NCBI GenBank assembly: GCA_965113315.1
Contig: OZ220363.1
DNA length: 64,000 nucleotides
Origin: Podarcis vaucheri
Taxonomy: Eukaryota
Strand: one strand, 5' to 3'
This document shows, piece by piece, positions 1 to 12,364 of this stretch. Under the pieces are notes generated by a model, which was not told the DNA's origin, ran no database searches, and saw only the letters and a list, made by a program, of their open reading frames with translations. Both the position numbers and the translations under genes were made by a program. Each line of letters begins with the position of its first letter. Position 1 is the stretch's first letter.

Positions 1-366
1 CACACCCACACCCATTAATTCTCTGATTCATCTCAAAATATATTGAGAACTCAATATATTTTGGTCGGACTTTGGTCCCATACGTAACTACTTTTAAAGT
101 CTCGGTGTTGTGTTGTTTAATGCAACCTTTACAGTCATTCACCCAAGTCACTAAAAGGGAAACTATGTGGATGGCCTTTCAAATGACAGGGTCATTGTGA
201 GCATTCTTAAGCCACCCACAGTGTGAGAAATCTCTGATCTTTGTACCATCTTCGAACTCTCTGTTTATGTCCTAGTTGGAGTGTGTATGTTTATAAACAA
301 AGAATGCTGAGCACAGATAGTGAGGTGTTGTAGCAAAAATGGTAAGACTGCTTTCTGTGTGTTTAG

Positions 367-548
367 ATAAACAAGACAAGTGGTGTTGTCGAAGCATCAA
401 GAATCATGAACTTATATCAGTTCATGCAGCTTTATAAAGATGTCACGAGTCAAGCAGCAAGTGTTCTTTCGCAGAACATTGCCTCAGAAGGAGCTGCAGA
501 GGATCTGTCATCTGTTGCATCTTGTCAGGCCAGCATTTTGATGGGAAG
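367..548 (+). CDS. RNF141: RING finger protein 141, internal coding exon ([19 protein letters not shown]...QASILMGR)
   Basis: AG acceptor at 365-366 and GT donor at 549-550. Translation matches remembered RNF141 sequence. 182 bp ending in phase 2, compatible with the next exon. Confidence 0.95.
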
Positions 549-613
549 GTATCTCAGTATTCTAAGAGATCCATTTATGTTTGAAGTTGAGCACACAAAT
601 CTCTTCAGCTCAT

Positions 614-644
614 TATGTATACATACATATATACATATATATAC

Positions 645-690
<46 letters not shown>
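614..690. repeat. (TA)n/(TACA)n microsatellite
   Basis: Direct inspection. Confidence 0.95.
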
Positions 691-691
<1 letters not shown>

Positions 692-1439
692 GAATATTTT
701 TTATAGAATAAAAGTTTAATGATTATGCTAAATAAGTCTTTCATCTCAACTTGGATGACAGTACGTCTATCTAACTATTACAGTTACAAACTTCTGTTTG
801 AGCTGTATGCAAATAATACATTGGTAGGTTGGTACTGCTTAAGCAAGGGCTGCCTTGAACTGCAAAACACCTGCATTGAATGAGCACTTGGGAGCCTGTT
901 TCAAATATTGTATATAATCTTGAGAAAGAGACATGTTCTTCCTGCAAAGCGCTTGTATAAGGAAAAACATCTGTTTTGCAACAGAAGCAAATCTATTTGC
1001 CATGTAAACTGGCTATCCTTTTTGAAACATTGCTTGAAGCATAGTCTTTCTCCGGATATGATCTGTTTCCACTTTTACTGAAGGTGAACTCTTGAACTAA
1101 TGCACACATGAACAGGTTGCATAATGTTCTTATATTTCCTGTTAAAGACTAGTACAACTACAAATACAATGACAGCAGTGGAACCCTAAGTCTGTCTATG
1201 CTTCTTACCTATAAAGAGCAGAATTACTTTTTACTTCACATGGCATTACAGAATCTTTTCCTTTTCAAATATGTATGAAGCAGTGTTTTAAACAGCAGTG
1301 GGCTGCAGATTTATGATGATCTAAGGTGTTTGTTTGGAAACAAAATGTAATGGCTTGAATAAAATGGAAGCACTAGGCCACCTGTGGCCTTAATAACTCT
1401 CTGACATAATACTGGTTCCCCCCCCCCCCATGGTACAGA

Positions 1440-1790
1440 AGATAAATTTTGATAAAACAATTGTTACAGCAGTAAACAATAAGTAACCTGTCCTGATAAA
1501 ATTACATACTTTTATTATGTTATGTGTTAAAGTTTCATTTGATTACTCTAAGAGATCACACCACATTTTCCCATGAGTGCTGAGTGGATTCCTGCCACAG
1601 TCTGAACAATTTATGTATTCAATAAACATTTGCCATATGTTATAAAAGGAATATGGATTGTGCTTGCCCTTTGCCGCTCTCACCTGGCATGTTAGTTTCT
1701 CAGCCAGTGCTATTGACCATACTCTGTTATACCAAGAATCAATGTTCAGCCTATCACTGGTTTTCCAACATCTGGCTATCTCCATGACTC
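1440..1790 (-). mobile_element. L1-clade LINE, ORF2 C-terminal / 3' fragment
   Basis: ORF 1543..1785 (IARCWK...W...VW..A..EKLT...IWQMFIEYI) resembles the C-terminus of non-mammalian L1 ORF2. Confidence 0.6.
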
Positions 1791-2023
1791 TATTTTTTGA
1801 AACACTTCCCCCCTCCCTATTTTATACATAGGGGTGGCCAATGTGGCACCCTCCTGATCTTATTGAACTTCAGCTCCCATCATTCCTGACTGTTGTCCAT
1901 GCTAACTGGGGCTGGCATGCTGTGGTGGACACTATTCTGGCTACCCCTGGTCTGGTTTCAGTGAACAGTGTCATATAGCGATAGGCCCACATGAATCTTG
2001 GGTTTACTGAAATATTCCGGAAA

Positions 2024-2196
2024 GGGGATGGGTTGTATCTTGGTGTTAGAGGGCTTGCCTTGAATGCAACAAGTCACAGGCTCAGTCCCCAGCATCTCCA
2101 GCCAGAACCCAGGGAGGACCCCTTCCTGAAATTCTTGCGAACTACTGTCATGAACTAATGGTCTGAGTCAGGATAAGGCAGCTTTCTATGTTCCTA
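2024..2196 (+). mobile_element. Degraded squamate tRNA-derived SINE
   Basis: Decayed A/B box head and ...ATAAGGCAGCTTTCTATGTTCCTA tail. Confidence 0.55.
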
Positions 2197-3370
2197 GGAA
2201 TCATTCTTCAACCCATATTCCTTGAGACATGTATTCTGTTACTTCCTCTTGCTTCAACTCTTACGTTTGTTTGATGTGATATGGGTGGTTTCTTTTGTTC
2301 ATTGTATGGTGTTCAGAATAAAGCAGTGGAGACTACCTTTGTCTTTGAATGCCATAGTTGTCCACCAGTATAGAACAAGGAACTAATCCCTGAGCTTTGT
2401 GGAGAGGGAAGGCCGCATCATCTTACGTTCTCCAGGGTGCCCTAGGATTACACCTTAACTTTTACTAGTAGCAAGGATAGAGCTGTGCATTGCATTCTTA
2501 ATCTAACTTGAAGAAAATTTATTTAAATCTGAGCAACAGTCAGAACTGTTCTTTGCGGCTGTTTATGTTTTTTGGCATGTGAAAGTTGCTTCTTAGGTAG
2601 GTCTTCAACTTAAACCCAGAAGACTTGGGGAACTGGTTCATAAATGGTAGCCTGTTTTCTAATGAGTGGACAGCAAGTTACTGGAATCTGTGCCTATTTT
2701 GTTTTAGATATTCAAAGTCCTGAGGGATGGCTAGCTGTTCAAGGTAGTTTTAATGCCCAGTGGTGCTTATGGCAAATGTAAATAAAACATCTTTTTAATT
2801 AGGAGCAATATAGAGGGATTCTTGTTTTGAGAAGAGAATTGCTACATAGATAAAATTCCTCAACAATGGAAAATATGAAAATATAGTATTGATTTGAACC
2901 CTGGGTGCACATTTCTGCAACAGTGATTTATTTTAGTAGCTGTGAATTTTGTGTACAGAAATATCTTAGAGGATGAAAAATACCTGATATTTAGATCAAA
3001 TATTCAAATGGAAAACAGCAGTTGACATGTAATCATAGAAAAATAAATACAGAGTACAGAAGAAGTGGGAATTCAAGGACTTAAAATGAATTTCTTGATC
3101 TCATGTACCAAAAATAGGGTGCCAAGAACTTGACTGCTGTAGGAAAATGTTTTCTTCTTGGCAGTGGAATATCATAATATGATCTTGTGTGCATACTATA
3201 ATAATGCTGTTTGTCCTGTGTTTTCATGAACACGTTAGCTTTATTTTGTGTTCAGAGCTGCAACAACAAAACTATACCAGTAGTGAAGCAAACCCCAGCA
3301 TTGACAGTTGTCTAGACATTCTCTTTCTTCTTAGTGGGGAGAATTATGATTTTATCTGTCTGTGCATTTA

Positions 3371-3972
3371 CCGTATTTTTCGCCCCATAGGACGCACTTT
3401 TTCCCCTCCAAAAATGAAGGGGAAATCTGTGTGCGTCCTATGGGGCGAATGCAGGCTTTCGCTGAAGTGTGGAGAGCGAGAAGGGTCGGTGTGCACTGAC
3501 CCCTCTCGCTCTCTAGGCTTCAGGAAGCTATCAGCAAGCCTGGGGAGCCTGCGGGAGTTCCCGCAGGGCTCCCTAGGCTGCGGATAGCAGCCTGCTGCCT
3601 GGAGCGCGGGGCACACTGAAGCAGAGCGCCCCGCGCTTCGGGCAAATAGCCGCAAGCCTGGGGAACCCGCGGGAGTTCCTGCAGGGCTCGCAAGGCTGCG
3701 GATAGCAGCCTGCTGCCTGGAGCACGGGGCGCCCTCTGGAGGGCGCCCCGTGCTTCGCGCAGGTGTCTGCAAGCCTTGCGAGCCCGGCGGCAACTCCCGC
3801 AAGGCTTGTGGATAGCAGCCTGTTCTGGGGGCTGGGGTCGGGGGAAGCTCGGGCTTCCCCTGTCCCAGCCCCGCGGCTGGGGGGGGATATATATTTTTTT
3901 CATTCTCCCCCCCCCCCAAAAAAAGGAGGTGCGTCCTATGGGCCAGTGTGTCCTATAGGGCGAAAAATACGG
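3371..3972. mobile_element. Tc1/mariner (Tc2-like) non-autonomous element with internal hairpin array
   Basis: 27-bp TIRs CCGTATTTTTCGCCCCATAGGACGCAC (2 mismatches), TA on both sides, ~118-bp internal repeat. Confidence 0.88.
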
Positions 3973-4356
3973 TAAATGATGTATATTCCTGCTAGTACTA
4001 ATACTGTTTAATGGGAGTGCTTTGGCCAACTTGCATCTTGCAAACATTTTGTCCCCAATCCAGAAAGACAGGCCTGAAAGTGCTCTGCCTGGAAGCTGCT
4101 GGAACCAGACACAGAACACATTTTCCTGTGTTCAGATGAAGTAGAACCAATAGCTATGCATGTATATATGCAGAAATGCACAAAGATCAAAGGTGGCTAG
4201 CCCACATGAATTGTTCCCACTTACAAATGTGGAGAAGCATTGAATCCACCCTTTCTGGGCGATATGCTCTGATTTTTAACACTCAGCATATATTATGCTG
4301 ATTTATTATTTATTTAAAACATTGGTACCTTGCTCAACACGACTAACTGCAAAATC

Positions 4357-4395
4357 AAACCATATAACAAAACCATATAACAAAACCATATAACA
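4357..4395. repeat. 13-bp tandem repeat x3 (AAACCATATAACA)
   Basis: Direct inspection. Confidence 0.85.
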
Positions 4396-4951
4396 TCAGT
4401 TATAAAAACATTAAAACTAAAAACAACTAGAAAAGCAATAACAATATACCAGCAATAAAGATTATTCCAAACAAGCAGAAACAAAAAACTATTTCAGTGA
4501 AACAACTATCTAGAAGCCAAAAGCTGCGTTTACAAAGATTGGTTTGGATAGCTTATGGAAGGCCATTAAAGAGGAGCGTGGGGTATACCTCCCTTTGAGA
4601 AAGTTCTCTTCTCTATAATTGTGCTCCAGAAACTAGTGGTTTTATATGTATTAGTTTTATATGGGATTTGTTTGTAGAGAGCAGCTGTTTTGTATGCAGA
4701 GAGGTTCCATTTGCATGCAACAGGAGATTGCTGGATCAGACCAGTTGAGATAGGCTAGAAAACCTAAATGTAATGCAGTAGGTATTATGTGACATAGCCA
4801 CCCATGAGCTGGACATCATATTATGAAATACAAACATGCACAACAAAAATAAAAGTTTATACAGAAGAAACATGCTGAGCAATGCCAAAATATAAATTTA
4901 TCCCACTTCTAATTGCTATGATTGGGAATAATAGTTTTATCTGTATTGTAG

Positions 4952-5059
4952 GGTGAAACAGCTGACTGATGAGGAAGAATGTTGCATCTGCATGGACGGA
5001 CGAGCTGATCTGATCTTGCCATGTGCTCACAGCTTTTGTCAGAAATGCATTGATAAATG
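4952..5059 (+). CDS. RNF141: RNF141 exon with the N-terminal part of the RING finger ([36 protein letters not shown])
   Basis: tgtag acceptor, gtaag donor, 108 bp, C3HC4 RING cysteines and histidine present. Confidence 0.96.
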
Positions 5060-6882
5060 GTAAGTTTGTGACACAGACTCTGATTGCATTATTCTGTGAA
5101 GCGGTCCTGTGAAATTTGACCAGTTTCCCTAGAATAAATTTGCCGAAAAGCACTGAAATAACACATCACTAGTAACAACAAGAATAAAAACCATTGATTT
5201 TGGTAGATAGCATGAGGTAAGGCATGTGTTATGTGGGAGCAACAAGCGAACTGGATTTTGGCAAGAAAATGTGTTCCTTTGATGGGCATTCCCTGTTTAA
5301 TCTCTCAAAAGATAAAACCATCAGGACAAATGCCTGGCAAGTTGCTAATGTAATCGCAAATCAAATTGCTGTTCATGTCAGCATCAGTCTGCATATATAT
5401 ATTTAAAACAAAGGACTGAATTCAACTAAACAGTTGCACTAGCTAAAGCCAGCATGTGTCCTAATTACACGATGGAGCTGTGCCCATCAGACCAGTGCAT
5501 GGGGGAAGGGCAGAGCAAAAATGTGTGCATTGTCAGTTTGTGCATTTTCACAGTTTTGACTCCTACCCAATGTTGACAGTGTTCAGATGATGGAGAAACT
5601 GTTTCAAACTGGAGCTTTTGCTCTGTTTTGAGTATGGAGTTACTTCAGAACCTTAAAAATGAAGGCTTGAAGGTATTTTGAACTGTGGTTTGTATCTGTA
5701 TAAACTCTATACTCAGAATAGACCCATTGAAATTAAGTTAGTCATGTCCATTCATTTCATACTTCTGAGTATGACTAAGATTGAATACAACCCTTTGAAA
5801 TTATTACAGCACATTATACCTATATACCTTTAACTAATGATGCTTTGTGTAGGAAACAGCTTCTAAGTATCCAAGAAATGATATTTCTTTAATAGAATTG
5901 CAGCAGGGAAGATAGCTTCTGCACTTAGGGTAGCAGCCACCTGTGGTGCAAAGCAGATGCAGCTTGACTCTATTCCAAACTAGGCTTGAGCAAATAGTCA
6001 ACTGGACAAAATGGTTTATGTAATCTGCTTTCAGGATTTAAAGTCTAAAATCTTGTGACTTTTTTAAATAACTAAAGTCTCATGTTCTAGTCTGTCTAGA
6101 TTCCGGAGATAAACAGGGCTGCCAGTTCCATTTGAAAACTGAATGGAATCTCAGGAATCTCTAGAGGGCCCCATTGGAATAAAATTTTAATAAAAACATT
6201 CACGGAACTCTGTTAACATTTGGACATTAGTGATTTCCAAGATGAACATTAAACAGCATTGTTCTTTCATACCACAGCACTCTGTTGTTTTACCAGGGAT
6301 GTTTTTTATTTGACTCTGGAAGGGGATGTTACCAGTCTACCTGACACTGCTAAATACCTCCTGCAAGAACATTGTTCAGTTTTGACACAACAGCTTCAGG
6401 GTGTTCACAAATTGGGAAGAATCTACAGTGCTGCCCTTTGAATTGAAAGATTTCAAAGGGAGGTCATAAGAGGAAAAGGGGGGGGACAGGAAAAAAGGAA
6501 GTTAAGGGTGTATAGATTGACTTTGTGTACTCTAAGCACTAATTATAGAAGAGGCAATGGTTTTAAATAACAGAAAGGTTGGCTTTGGATTAATAATTGG
6601 AGAAGATCCTATTTGGGGAAATTCCCAGTGATAAAAGCAACAGAATATAATCAGTTATAGGGGTACTGTTCCTTGGTGGATTTCTAGAAAAGGCATGCTA
6701 GTCATGTATTGAGGATTGTTTGGGTATTTCTCTTCTATGGTAGTTCTAACATACTGCAGTAAATCTTCTCTAGTCATGCCTGTAATATTCCATTCTAACT
6801 TATAAACAAAGGTAGCAATGGGTATTATTAATACTTCTTAAACTGTGTGATACTGACTTTTTTCTTCTGGCTTGTTACACAG

Positions 6883-7033
6883 GAGTGGTCACCACAGGAA
6901 TTGCCCTATATGTCGTCTGCAGGTGACTGCAGCCAATGATTCTTGGGTGGTATCAGATGCACCTACAGAAGAAGATATTGCTACCTACATACTCAACATG
7001 GTAGATGAGGCAGGCCAGCCTCACAGACCCTGA
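6883..7033 (+). CDS. RNF141: RNF141 last coding exon ([49 protein letters not shown])
   Basis: Polypyrimidine tract plus cag acceptor at 6881-6882, CPIC RING end, TGA at 7031-7033. Confidence 0.96.
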
Positions 7034-10000
7034 CAGGAACAAAGCCCATTGCCTTGAAATCTTAAAAGATTTCATTTATTGTTTCATTTCCTCATTGTAT
7101 TGCTTTCTATAAAAGTCGTAGGTCTTTAAAATTGACCATTTGTCTATGAGCCAGTTGTACACGTTTATATTTTTAAATGCTCATCAATAATTTCTCTGCA
7201 CGTAGCACCTGCAGAAGGATAAGTTAAAGAGTTTTCTGACTTTCTATGAGACACTGGAATAGCTAATATTTGAGTTCTAGTATAAGCTCTTCTGTGATCA
7301 TTTGTTGAAGCTGAATTTCAATATAGATGGTCCAGAAGAATGTGGGAAGTTGCTGAGGGCCTGTTGTTCTAACCCTCAGAAGCAATCCTTCTTTATGCAA
7401 GTATGTGTGTATGCTCATGCCTGCCTGCTTACATGAATAGGAATTTGTCCCACATTTACATTTCAGTAACATCTACTGGCCCCTTGTGGCTTGCTTAGTA
7501 TTGACAAATGCTTCCTTAAATCACCACTAATTGTAGCATGTTGTTTTGAGACAAAATTTTCTGATGGCACACAATTTTGATAAAATGGCTTTTGCATTCT
7601 TGTTCAGGGAGAATGAGTTGTCTAGTCAACTTCAAAAAACTTCCCAGGTTCACCAAGTCAGAGCTGCTTGCATTCAGGAATAAATGTGCTCATACCTTTG
7701 CTGATCACAGACGACCCAAAGTTTCTGACCACGCAACGTAGCATCTAGCTTTCAAGCTTTTCTAGACTTCCATTGTTAAATCACCATTATAACCGTAAAA
7801 AAAAAGATGGTGATCTGAGGTAAATAGATGGTGCTAGACTCCTTTCTACAGGTGCAATATGCTTTACTGTAATGAAGGAATGTGTTCTTTGACCACAATT
7901 GCTTTGCTTTAATGACTTATGGAATCTGTAACCCTGAAGCCTGTACTACTTGTTCTCAGGAGTATTGGTACCAGGACTGGATCCAAGTTTAAGGGTGGCA
8001 CTCAGCAGATTATCTTCTTTTGGGCCCTCAGATTACTTTGTTAGTGGCAGATGGCTGCAAGCAACCATTTTACATTTCTAACAGCATCCTGGAGGAACTC
8101 TGTATGGAGGCATTATGGAAAATGACAACTTAGAGGAGGGGTGGGGAACCTTTCTAGCCTTGTGGTCCAGGTTGTTAACACCCCCACCTTGTGCAGGAGT
8201 TTGGCAGGTGGCCAGTGGCTAGAGATGCACACCTGTCAGTTGTCTAATGTCACGATGTCTAGTGACATTTTTGCCCATAGGGGTCTACAGAAGCCTCCTT
8301 CAAAGAATAGGGCAAGATAAGACTTGGAGTTGAGCTTCTGAAAATGTTCACAGAAGCCACTCTCAAATGCTGTCTTGCCCTGCACTTTGAAAGGGGTTTT
8401 GCAGGCAGCATGATTGGCAATGTCTGCAAATACCCTTTTGGCCAAGCTCTACCCTTACCTGCTGCACATCTGGGATTGCTGGAAATGTGTGAATTGTAAC
8501 ACTGCTGTTTGAGATTATGCTAAAAGTTTTGCAGATACTTCAAGTTACTTGCAGGTTTAAAATACTGGTTAAAGACTTGTAGAATATATCTGAACTTTGC
8601 ATTACAGAAGATGACAGATATTTCTGGCTTGTTTGAAGCCATCAAGTTCAATCTAGACAATTACAATATGGCTCAAGTTGTTTCCCCCATCTATAATGGC
8701 TTGCCAAAATCAGAAATTAGACAGCAAATTAGACTACTGAATTCAGTGACATCTTTGACTTTGAACTCCAGTGTTAGGTTGTAATCCTGATATAATTTTC
8801 TTGGAAATGGTTCTCACTGCTAATTGATGAACTTCAATGTGTTTAACATCATAGTGAACAGTGAAGGGTTTGGGGATTTTTTTTGTTGAGTGTAAAAGTG
8901 ATCATGTTAATTTTCCCCACCCTTGTCCAAAGTATTAGGAGTTGGCAGAAGTGCCTAATGTTTTAACAGCAAGCGTTTTAAACCTAGTAAGCTCTTAAGT
9001 CTTCCTTCTTTAGTGAAGATTATCTGTTGTTAATATGACTTATACTTTGATTTTTAAATGTTAGGGTAATATTCAATGCTAGTCCTACTCAGAGTAGATG
9101 CAGTGAAGTTAATGGACATAGCTAACTTAGGTCCATTATATTCAGTGAGTGTACTTGAAGTAGGACTCATTTGAAGAGAGTTCATTGAGTCCTTGACAAA
9201 GCCCTGCATACTAGACTCAAGCAGCTTGAAATTGGCCCGGTTTGCATGTCACAATAAGTTGACGTTTTAATTGTGAACTTGCTTGCCCCCTCCCCATGAG
9301 CAGTAAGCCAGAAATAAAGGTTTGTTGTGACTTGCTGTGTGTGTAGCAAAGCATATCTACATTTCTACCACATAAGCCATAGAATGGATTGTTCAAACAA
9401 GGTGGGAAGAGAAAGCATGGTAGAAGTGGAGGTGTGTTAACTTACAGAAACAAACTGGCTTGTTTTGAAATACTAACAAGGCTATAAGTATATAGTCTAT
9501 AATGTAAAGATGTAGGGGTACTTTTGATTCTAACACTAATAATGAAGCTTGTAAATAGGTGTAAACTTTGTGATATGCATAGCATTTTAAATTAATAAGT
9601 ATACACAGTGGTGGAAGTATTGTAAAATGTATCTTGTTAAAATGTAGGCCACTTTACTCCTCTGTGCCACTACTGTTCCTCTCTTCTGCCTCCATGTCAC
9701 TGTAGTTTTGTCCGTTTCTCTGTCTCTGAGTATTAAAAGGACTGGCAGCTCTTTAAGGCTATGAGAGTTTACTCTGAAGCCCATGGAGAAAGATGCAGTT
9801 CATCACTGAGCAGCTTTCCCATGTGCTCTTGACAGACACCCTGCACATGGCAAAATTACAAGGCTGCTTGAACTTACAGATGAGCAGTAATCAGCTAAAC
9901 TATCCCAATAGTGCAAGGGTTTCTATCAAATCTGCTGCACAATTGGGAGAACCAGTCAGACAGATTTAGGGCACTCATGGGGGGAAATGGTCCATTATGC

Positions 10001-10345
10001 AAGCAAGAAATCTTTGCTGTATATTGGATTTCACCCAGTATGTGTTACCACCAAAAACACAATTTATGTTTAAAACTGTAATATAATTCAATATTGGAAG
10101 AAAACTTGATTTGTCAATTTAATAATGTTGAATAGTTTTAGAACTATGACTTTTTTAAACAGTGAATTTTCAGCAAAAGTTGGATTATGTGTAGCGCAAG
10201 AAAAAAATGCATTACTTCCCTGTTTTGCATTAATGTGAATATTTCTTAAGGGTTTGATAAAGAGTGTTAATAGCTATTAAACTTTCCAATGTATTATATT
10301 GTTGTGAATATTGTGCAATAAACACTTCAGTCTCCTTCAGCTTTG
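7034..10345 (+). other. RNF141: RNF141 3' UTR (end approximate; could extend to ~10520)
   Basis: AT-rich sequence after the stop. AATAAA at 10317-10322 and 10496-10501; Pumilio element TGTAAATA at 9550-9557. Confidence 0.6.
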
Positions 10346-10394
10346 TGCAATACTTGAAAATCCTGCCACCAGACCTCAGAAGAGAACCGTTTCT

Positions 10395-12187
10395 TATAGA
10401 GAAAACTGTTGTGTTTATTTTCATAAATTAGTTGTCTTCATAGGCATCAGGTCCCTGAATGCAGAGGTTTACACTGGAATATAGGTGTTGTAGTAAATAA
10501 AAAGTCAGCAAAAGTGGCTATGGATGTGATAGATTGCCACTGTAGGTCCTCAGGGATAAAGTTAAATTAGGGTAGTATTTGTCACATTCTTTCACCACCA
10601 TTTTTATTGATTACAAGTGAATATAATCTTCATTTTGACTCTTCTGGAAAATTAAATCTAGCAATGGAAGGGTTCTGAGACCCTGTTTATCTTAGCCTTC
10701 TAGAATACAGAGGTTCCAGCTGGGAAACAATTCATAAACATTGCTTAATACTGTATACTAGCTATAATGAAGATCTGTCAAGAAAATGCTTGTCCTTGGT
10801 TGTTCAAAATGCTTGTTCAAGGGTAGGACATTCCATAACCATAAAAATAATTCAAAAGTGTGAACTTTCCACAAATTCTTAGGCCTGCTTACTCAAGAAT
10901 AAATGCTTAAGCTCAGTAGGACTCATGTTTAGGATTTCTGCTTAAGTTACCTAGTGCACAGAGTAGGCATGTCAGTCTAAAGATAACAGGTGAGAGGGGG
11001 AAAACAAGCTCTCCCTATACTTAACCTACTCCATGGATTTGTGAGAAGATGCTCAAGATAATGTTTTACATTGGAGAACGAAACCTAATACTTTAAAATA
11101 TTTAGTAGTTCTTTGTTTAAAGTAATCACATACATTTCCACCCAAGCCTTATGACAGGGGTACTTAAATAGCTTCCCCAGTGCAACAAGGTGCTGTGACA
11201 CTGTTTTAGTACCATAGCAGCCATTCTGTTTCACTAGAATGTAAAACAACCATAAACCTTTAATCAAAACTAAGAAATCTTATATAATTTCCTAGTTAGC
11301 ACAGCAGGTACACACTATGTGACCATGTGTAGCAGCCTTAAGGCAAGTTTTAAATGCTGACTTTTCTGCACATACTCTTTAAATTTCTTAATACAGTAAG
11401 CCTAGAATTTATGTGGGGATTACGTTCCAGGGACTGACAGATTTGAACAGTGCTGGATAGTCAAGGGACAGAGGACTTCTGAGTAGACTTCTGAGTAGAC
11501 ATACATAGGACTGCTCTATAAGTTTCAGACCCTATGCCAGTGCACCATAAGAAAACATAATGGTAAATCAGCATAAACATTTATGAATGATGTTGCTAGT
11601 CACCAAAGGACAATTTAAAAGATTTAATGAAACTACAAGAGCAATGGCCACACCTACGATTTATTGTGGTTTTTTTGGGGAGTATAGACAGATAAAATGT
11701 AGACAAAAGTGGTGAATAGGTTTTCCTAGCATGTGCAACTAGGAAAAACATGCAGCTCTTTGGTCATATTCTTTTTCTTCCCTACATTCATTGCAATACA
11801 GATCAAAGAGTGTACACACACTAGAGATTAAAGTGCCATAGATCCTTGCCTACTGCTAGCTAAGCATGGCAAAAGAGGTGCATGTGTGCTACCAGAAGCT
11901 GCAGCATGTTGCTTGTTTCAAAGCAGACACTCACGTATCCCAGATGCAAACACTATAAATATTATCCCTAGATTTGGAGTGCACTTTAAAACGTTAATTG
12001 CAGCATAAAGAAGATTCAGACCCTGCATCTGAATATGTACAGCAGCCCTAACTATGCTTACAGAAACTGGACTTGGCAGCCAAGTCTGACGCAGCGTAAG
12101 ACTCCTGATCACCAGGCAGCTCTCTCTCCTGCAGTTGCTCAAGTCCTCTTATGTTCACAGGCTTCTGTCCTTTGCACGATACTCTGG
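10395..12187 (-). other. AMPD3: AMPD3 3' UTR (end approximate)
   Basis: Follows the TAG stop. Minus-strand AATAAA at 10603-10608 and 10414-10419. Confidence 0.55.
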
Positions 12188-12364
12188 CTATTTTGACAGT
12201 GCAGTAATCTCTTCTGTCTTCATTGCATCAGCTAGGAAACTCAGCTCGTTGCAGAGGTTCTCATATCTGTAAGCCATCCGAATCTGTGCAACATTAGTCT
12301 TTCGAATGTCATTTCCTTCAGGCCCTTCGCTGGAATAGTTTGTCCCTATGCATTTCTGTTTTTC
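12188..12364 (-). CDS. AMPD3: AMPD3 last coding exon ([58 protein letters not shown])
   Basis: ttag acceptor, 177 bp, TAG at 12190-12188, matches the AMPD3 C-terminus. Confidence 0.96.
   Translation of the reverse strand, partial: EKQKCIGTNYSSEGPEGNDIRKTNVAQIRMAYRYENLCNELSFLADAMKTEEITALSK

Noticed and set aside
549-693. Extension of ORF 406..693 into a YI-repeat tail
   Set aside because: Read-through of the splice donor into an intronic (TA)n microsatellite.
3536-3825. CRISPR- or attC-like array of palindromes
   Set aside because: Vertebrate intron, no unique spacers, no cas or integrase genes; bounded by transposon TIRs.
3189-4119. Overlapping 130-200 aa ORFs on both strands
   Set aside because: They fall in the GC-rich repetitive MITE interior, where stops are rare, and have no recognisable domain.
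12155-12190. Stop-codon readthrough of AMPD3 (TAG-C)
   Set aside because: Not the TGA-CTAG motif; only 10 codons to the next stop and no targeting signal.
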